From Macrostomum lignano (taxonomy: Eukaryota), in NCBI GenBank assembly GCA_002269645.1, contig NIVC01000469.1:62001-126000 (forward strand): a stretch of 64,000 nt of DNA, given 5' to 3'. Shown piece after piece: positions 61,901 through 64,000 of the stretch. Every line of letters starts with the position of its first letter. The first letter of the stretch is position 1. The position numbers were made by a program, and so were the translations under genes. The notes beneath the pieces were generated by a model. The model had not been told where the DNA came from and did not search any database. It worked only from the letters and a program-made list of their open reading frames with translations.

Positions 61901-64000
61901 CTGAGACTGATGGACACTGAGACTGATGGACACTGAGACTGATAAACAGTGAGACTGATGGACACTGAGACTGATGGACACTGAGACTGATAAACAGTGA
62001 GACTGATAAACACTGAGACTGATAGACACTGAGACTGATGGACACTGAGACTGATGGACACTGAGACTGATAAACACTGAGACTGATGGACACTGAGACT
62101 GATAAACAGTGAGACTGATGGACACTGAGACTGATAAACAGTGAGACTGATGGACACTGAGACTGATGGACACTGAGACTGATGGACACTGAGACTGATA
62201 AACAGTGAGACTGATGGACACGGAGACTGATGGACACTGAGACTGATAAACAGTGAGACTGATAAACAGTGAGACTGATGGACACTGAGACTGATAAACA
62301 CTGAGACTGATAAACACTGAGACTGATGGACACTGAGACTGAAAAACACTGAGACTGATAAACACTCAGACTGATGGACACTGAGACTGATAAACAGTGA
62401 GACTGATAAACACTGAGACTGATGGACACTCAGACTGATAAACACTGAGACTGATGGACACTGAGACTGATAAACAGTGAGACTGATGGACACTGAGACT
62501 GATGGACACTGAGACTGATGGACACTGAGACTGATAAACAGTGAGACTGATGGACACTGAGACTGATAAACAGTGAGACTGATGGACACTGAGACTGATA
62601 AACAGTGAGACTGATGGACGCTGAGACTGATGGACACTGAGACTGATAAACACTGAGACTGATAAACAGTGAGACTGATAAACAGTGAGACTGATGGACA
62701 CTGAGACTGATGGACACTGAGACTGATGGACACTGAGACTGATAAACAGTGAGACTGATAAACAGTGAGACTGATGGACACTGAGACTGATAAACAGTGA
62801 GACTGATAAACACTGAGACTGATGGACACTGAGACTGATGGACACTGAGACTGATAAACACTGAGACTGATAAACAGTGAGACTGATAAACAGTGAGACT
62901 GATGGACACTGAGACTGATAAACAGTGAGACTGATAAACAGTGAGACTGATAAACACTGAGACTGATAAACAGTGATACTGATAAACACTGAGACTGATG
63001 GACACTGAGACTGATGGACACTGAGACTGATAAACACTGAGACTGATAAACAGTGAGACTGATAAACAGTGAGACTGATGGACACTGAGACTGATGGACA
63101 CTGAGACTGATGGACACTGAGACTGATAAACACTGAGACTGATGGACACTGAGACTGATAAACAGTGAGACTGATGGACACTGAGACTGATGGACACTGA
63201 GACTGATGGACACTGAGACTGATAAACACTGAGACTGATAAACAGTGAGACTGATAAACAGTGAGACTGATGGACACTGAGACTGATGGACACTGAGACT
63301 GATGGACACTGAGATGATGGACACTGAGACTGATAAACACTGAGACTGATAAACAGTGAGACTGATGGACACTGAGACTGATAAACACTGAGACTGATAA
63401 ACAGTGAGACTGATAAACAGTGAGACTGATGGACACTGAGACTGATAAACAGTGAGACTGATAAACAGTGAGACTGATGGACACTGAGACTGATGGACAC
63501 TCAGACTGATGGACACTGAGACTGATAAACACTGAGACTGATGGACACTCAGACTGATGGACACTCAGACTGATGGACACTGAGACTAATGGACACTGAG
63601 ACTGATAAACAGTGAGACTGATGGACACTGAGACTGATAAACAGTGAGACTGATGGACACTGAGACTGATAAACAGTGAGACTGATGGACACTGAGACTG
63701 ATGGACACTCAGACTGATGGACACTCAGACTGATGGACACTGAGACTGATGGACACTGAGACTGATGGACACTGAGACTGATGGACACTGAGACTGATGG
63801 ACACTGAGACTGATGGACACTCAGACTGATGGACACTCAGACTGATGGACACTCAGACTGATGGACACTGAGACTGATAAACAGTGAGACTGATGGACAC
63901 TGAGACTGATGGACACTGAGACTGATGGACACTCAGACTGATGGACACTCAGACTGATGGACACTGAGACTGATGGACACTGAGACTGATAAACAGTGAG
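46944..64000. repeat. Large satellite, 16-bp monomer gagactgat(aa/gg)aca(c/g)t, >=17 kb (~1060 monomers), with higher-order repeats; continues past the window end
   Basis: Directly visible; rare marker variants recur at ~2.4-kb and ~8.6-kb spacing. Confidence 0.98.

Noticed and set aside
46773-63836. Very long minus-strand ORFs (up to 2703 aa, SISLSVHQSQCPSV...)
   Set aside because: The 16-bp monomer has no stop codon on the minus strand, so all three frames are open and give the same periodic peptide. This is satellite, not a gene.

Overview
Eukaryotic (metazoan) genomic DNA, not prokaryotic. It has GC-rich spliced exons, introns filled with micro- and minisatellites, and a very large satellite, which resembles the flatworm Macrostomum (inference only). 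Seven protein-coding genes could be reconstructed by hand with phase-consistent splice sites, all on the + strand: the 3' end of Rab3, a coiled-coil/RING-H2 E3 ligase with a TTC3/DZIP3-like C-terminus, alpha-L-fucosidase (GH29), an intronless Rab39-like gene, NOM1, MCM9 and Cables. 19 of the 22 introns contain a tandem-repeat array, almost all with a different motif. Position ~46944 to the window end is a 16-bp satellite with ~2.4-kb and ~8.6-kb higher-order structure. The most interesting signals are: (1) MCM9 and Cables have no in-frame ATG before their conserved N-termini but do have in-frame splice acceptors, suggesting a spliced-leader-donated AUG in a NOM1-MCM9-Cables operon-like cluster; (2) a minimal Penelope-type hammerhead ribozyme in the last Cables intron; (3) a triplicated fucosidase 3' splice site whose two extra copies each carry a fold-back hairpin; (4) ETS-motif clusters inside the last coding exons of NOM1 and MCM9; (5) a MIR-like CORE-SINE. 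Most long ORFs in the supplied track are translations of repeats.
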